This document shows positions 61,644 to 64,000 of a stretch of DNA of 64,000 nucleotides, one piece after another (within the stretch, counting starts at the first letter, position 1; each line of letters starts with the position of its first letter). Made by a program: the position numbers and the translations under genes. The notes under the pieces are model-generated. The model had not been told where the DNA came from. It saw nothing but the letters and a program-made list of their open reading frames with translations, and did not search any database. The DNA comes from Hyaloraphidium curvatum SAG 235-1. Its lineage: Eukaryota; Fungi; Monoblepharomycota. The stretch covers positions 558,001-622,000 of the forward strand of contig JAIVFI010000010.1 of assembly GCA_025558095.1 (NCBI GenBank), read 5' to 3'.

Positions 61644-62682
61644 TTATGGCCGTTTGGGCAAAGCTTGCCCACCCCAATTTCCGCGAACGAAACGCTTGCC
61701 TAACTGCAACCGCACTCACCCCGTAACCGTTGGAGCGAGAACCAGCTAACCGGCGCGAAAGTTTCATATTTGCCGCTTTCTTTCTGCCGCCGTGGGGTGT
61801 GTGGGACGAAACACAGTGGTTTGCTGCTGGGTCTCGTTGACCGGGTGCCCCTCAGCGACGGCCAGGAAGACTGCTCAAGGCGCTGCTCAGCAGGCCTGGG
61901 TACGGCGAATGCAGTCTGCACATTGTTTTGGGATATGTACGCGGACCAGTGAGGCGCTGTAATCCGAGAACCGCGGGTTGAGCCCAGCACGGTGCTTTGG
62001 GCCTCCCGCCCTCGGCAGTTTTGCAAGCAGACAACGGAACAGATACATAGAGCGCATCAAATATGAAACATTTCCGGGTATTTCCTATTGGTTCCTGCTT
62101 TTGCCGTGGCCTGGGGGATGGGAGATTCGGCGCCCAGTTTTGTGTGCGGGGTGGGGCCGGGTGGGCAAGCTTTGGAGAAACGGCAATATTGCGCGCCGAA
62201 TCTCCCATCCCCCAGGCCACGGCAAAAGCAGGAACCAATAGGAAATACCCGGAAATGTTTCATATTTGATGCGCTCTATGTATCTGTTCCGTTGTCTGCT
62301 TGCAAAACTGCCGAGGGCGGGAGGCCCAAAGCACCGTGCTGGGCTCAACCCGCGGTTCTCGGATTACAGCGCCTCACTGGTCCGCGTACATATCCCAAAA
62401 CAATGTGCAGACTGCATTCGCCGTACCCAGGCCTGCTGAGCAGCGCCTTGAGCAGTCTTCCTGGCCGTCGCTGAGGGGCACCCGGTCAACGAGACCCAGC
62501 AGCAAACCACTGTGTTTCGTCCCACACACCCCACGGCGGCAGAAAGAAAGCGGCAAATATGAAACTTTCGCGCCGGTTAGCTGGTTCTCGCTCCAACGGT
62601 TACGGGGTGAGTGCGGTTGCAGTTAGGCAAGCGTTTCGTTCGCGGAAATTGGGGTGGGCAAGCTTTGCCCAAACGGCCATAA
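61644..62682. repeat. Large palindrome: arms 61644-62133 and 62193-62682 (490 bp each), 59-bp spacer
   Basis: Position i pairs with 124326-i; mirrored ORFs are identical; no mismatch seen by eye. Confidence 0.97.
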
Positions 62683-62735
62683 GGGGTTTCTGGCGGGTTT
62701 GCTTAGGGCTCACGCATTTCCGCGAGACCGCGACG

Positions 62736-64000
62736 ATGACGGAGGACGCGGAGATTCTGACTTTCGAAGATGCCCCTTCGCTGGAGGATACGTTGCGTGC
62801 CATGTTGCAGAGGGATGTCGGAGTCTACCATTACGAGCTGAACCGCGGCCGAGTTCCCCGCTTCATCAAAGACTATGGGGCCCGGGGAGCCGCGGAGGAC
62901 AGGCCCATCGCGGACTGGATCCTGCGGTACGGCTCTCTGAACACTACTGCGGACGTTGCTGGGGCGGAGCCCGATGAGGAGGACGACGATGGCGCAGAGG
63001 ACGACGAAGAGTTCGACGAGCACGACGACGCCGCACCCGACGGGACTCGGCGGCCGTATTTGACCACGCCTAAGGCTATCGTGAATCAAACAGTCAAGGG
63101 AATGGCGCTCCAAGTCGTGGCTGCCGACGGCAACATCAGCCGCGACCAGGCCTGCCGTGTTGCGCTCACCGGTTAGCACAATATGCAGACCGCTTGGCCG
63201 CACGCAACGGACGAGCTGCTGGACGCGATGACGGAGGCGCTGGACGGAGCAAGGGAGGTCTTCCTGCGCAAGTACCCGACCTACGTCGCGGACAACCTGG
63301 GCCGCACGGTCTGGTCGCACATCATCAACGTCAAGCCGGCATTCCGCACCCCCCAGCGGCTCGCCGCGATGCTGGTGGACGCGGCTCTCCCGGGCGGACC
63401 AGATCGAGCGGGTGTTCGGACCGCTGAACAACGTGCGGAGGTAGAGCCTTTCGTCTTCCTTCCGGGCGGAACAAAGATCCGCTTCAACCCGAGAGGGCGA
63501 GCCTCGAGCCTGAACCAGAATGACGCGGCAAGGGGGGCTCACACCAATCTGGCACGGGCGATGATGAAGCCTGGGACCGACGAATCGATCGTTGCCGCGG
63601 CTGCGACGTGTTTCAGCCGCGCTCTGCGGGCCTCAAAGAGCGACGTCTGCGATCTCGTTCTGTCGCAGATTGACGCGAATGGCGTCTTCTAGTGGGTACT
63701 TCCAGCTTGCACTGTCATTTGCTAACGCACGTCATTCATTTAGCGGATACCAGCCGCTGACCTCGACGACTGGCTTCTATCATCAGATCGATCCTGAAGC
63801 CAAGCCCTACACATGCCTCCACCCGCACCTCGACCACAACCACCACGACATGCCCGGCATATTTCGTACGATCGAAGGGATTGATCTCTCGCCTTTCAAA
63901 GGTGGTTGGCAATCGTCTCCTTTTGCACTTGTTCTGATTCTGCTTGCCTCAGAACACCTGCTGCCCGAAGGCACCCGAGGCGCGGTCTTCCTCATTCGCG
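62736..64000 (+). CDS. Orphan spliced gene (possible pseudogene, in-frame TAG 63174-63176); runs off window
   Basis: ORFs 62559-63176 and 63183-63692 share a frame; introns ~63692-63743 and ~63902-63951 extend it as GVFYGYQPL..PHLDHNHHDMPGIFR.. Confidence 0.65.

Noticed and set aside
61700-62626. Mirrored ORFs inside the palindrome arms
   Set aside because: They are by-products of the symmetry with no coding-like composition, and many have non-ATG starts
63174-63176. TAG reassignment or readthrough (also at 39731)
   Set aside because: ARP4, SET2 and RET2 end in TAG at the expected positions; single transitions explain both stops

Overview
Eukaryotic, GC-rich, very gene-dense nuclear DNA with short spliceosomal introns. 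The gene set (dymeclin, BORCS5, R3HCC1, SZRD1 and CASTOR alongside fungal-type Ssr4, Spo12, mL60 and a vacuolar subtilisin) suggests an early-diverging fungus such as a chytrid; this is inference. 1-33.7 kb and 49.6-59.6 kb carry about 27 recognisable housekeeping genes. Between the convergent PGK1 and YSH1 genes lies a ~16 kb island made almost entirely of mobile-element pieces. These include several copies of one LINE, nested solo LTRs and a young gag-only Copia element with identical LTRs and a TSD. There is also a ~3.95 kb tandemly duplicated mosaic containing a Gypsy integrase fragment and a decayed virophage/PLV-type (OLV11-like) tyrosine recombinase next to iteron-like repeats. The least explained structure is at 59.8-64 kb: an apparently perfect 490-bp inverted repeat around a 59-bp spacer. 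The spacer holds a G-quadruplex motif and a third copy of the arm-end motif. Two unrelated orphan genes start just outside the arms and read outward. Gene boundaries were assembled by eye from the ORF track and splice signals; no database searches were run.
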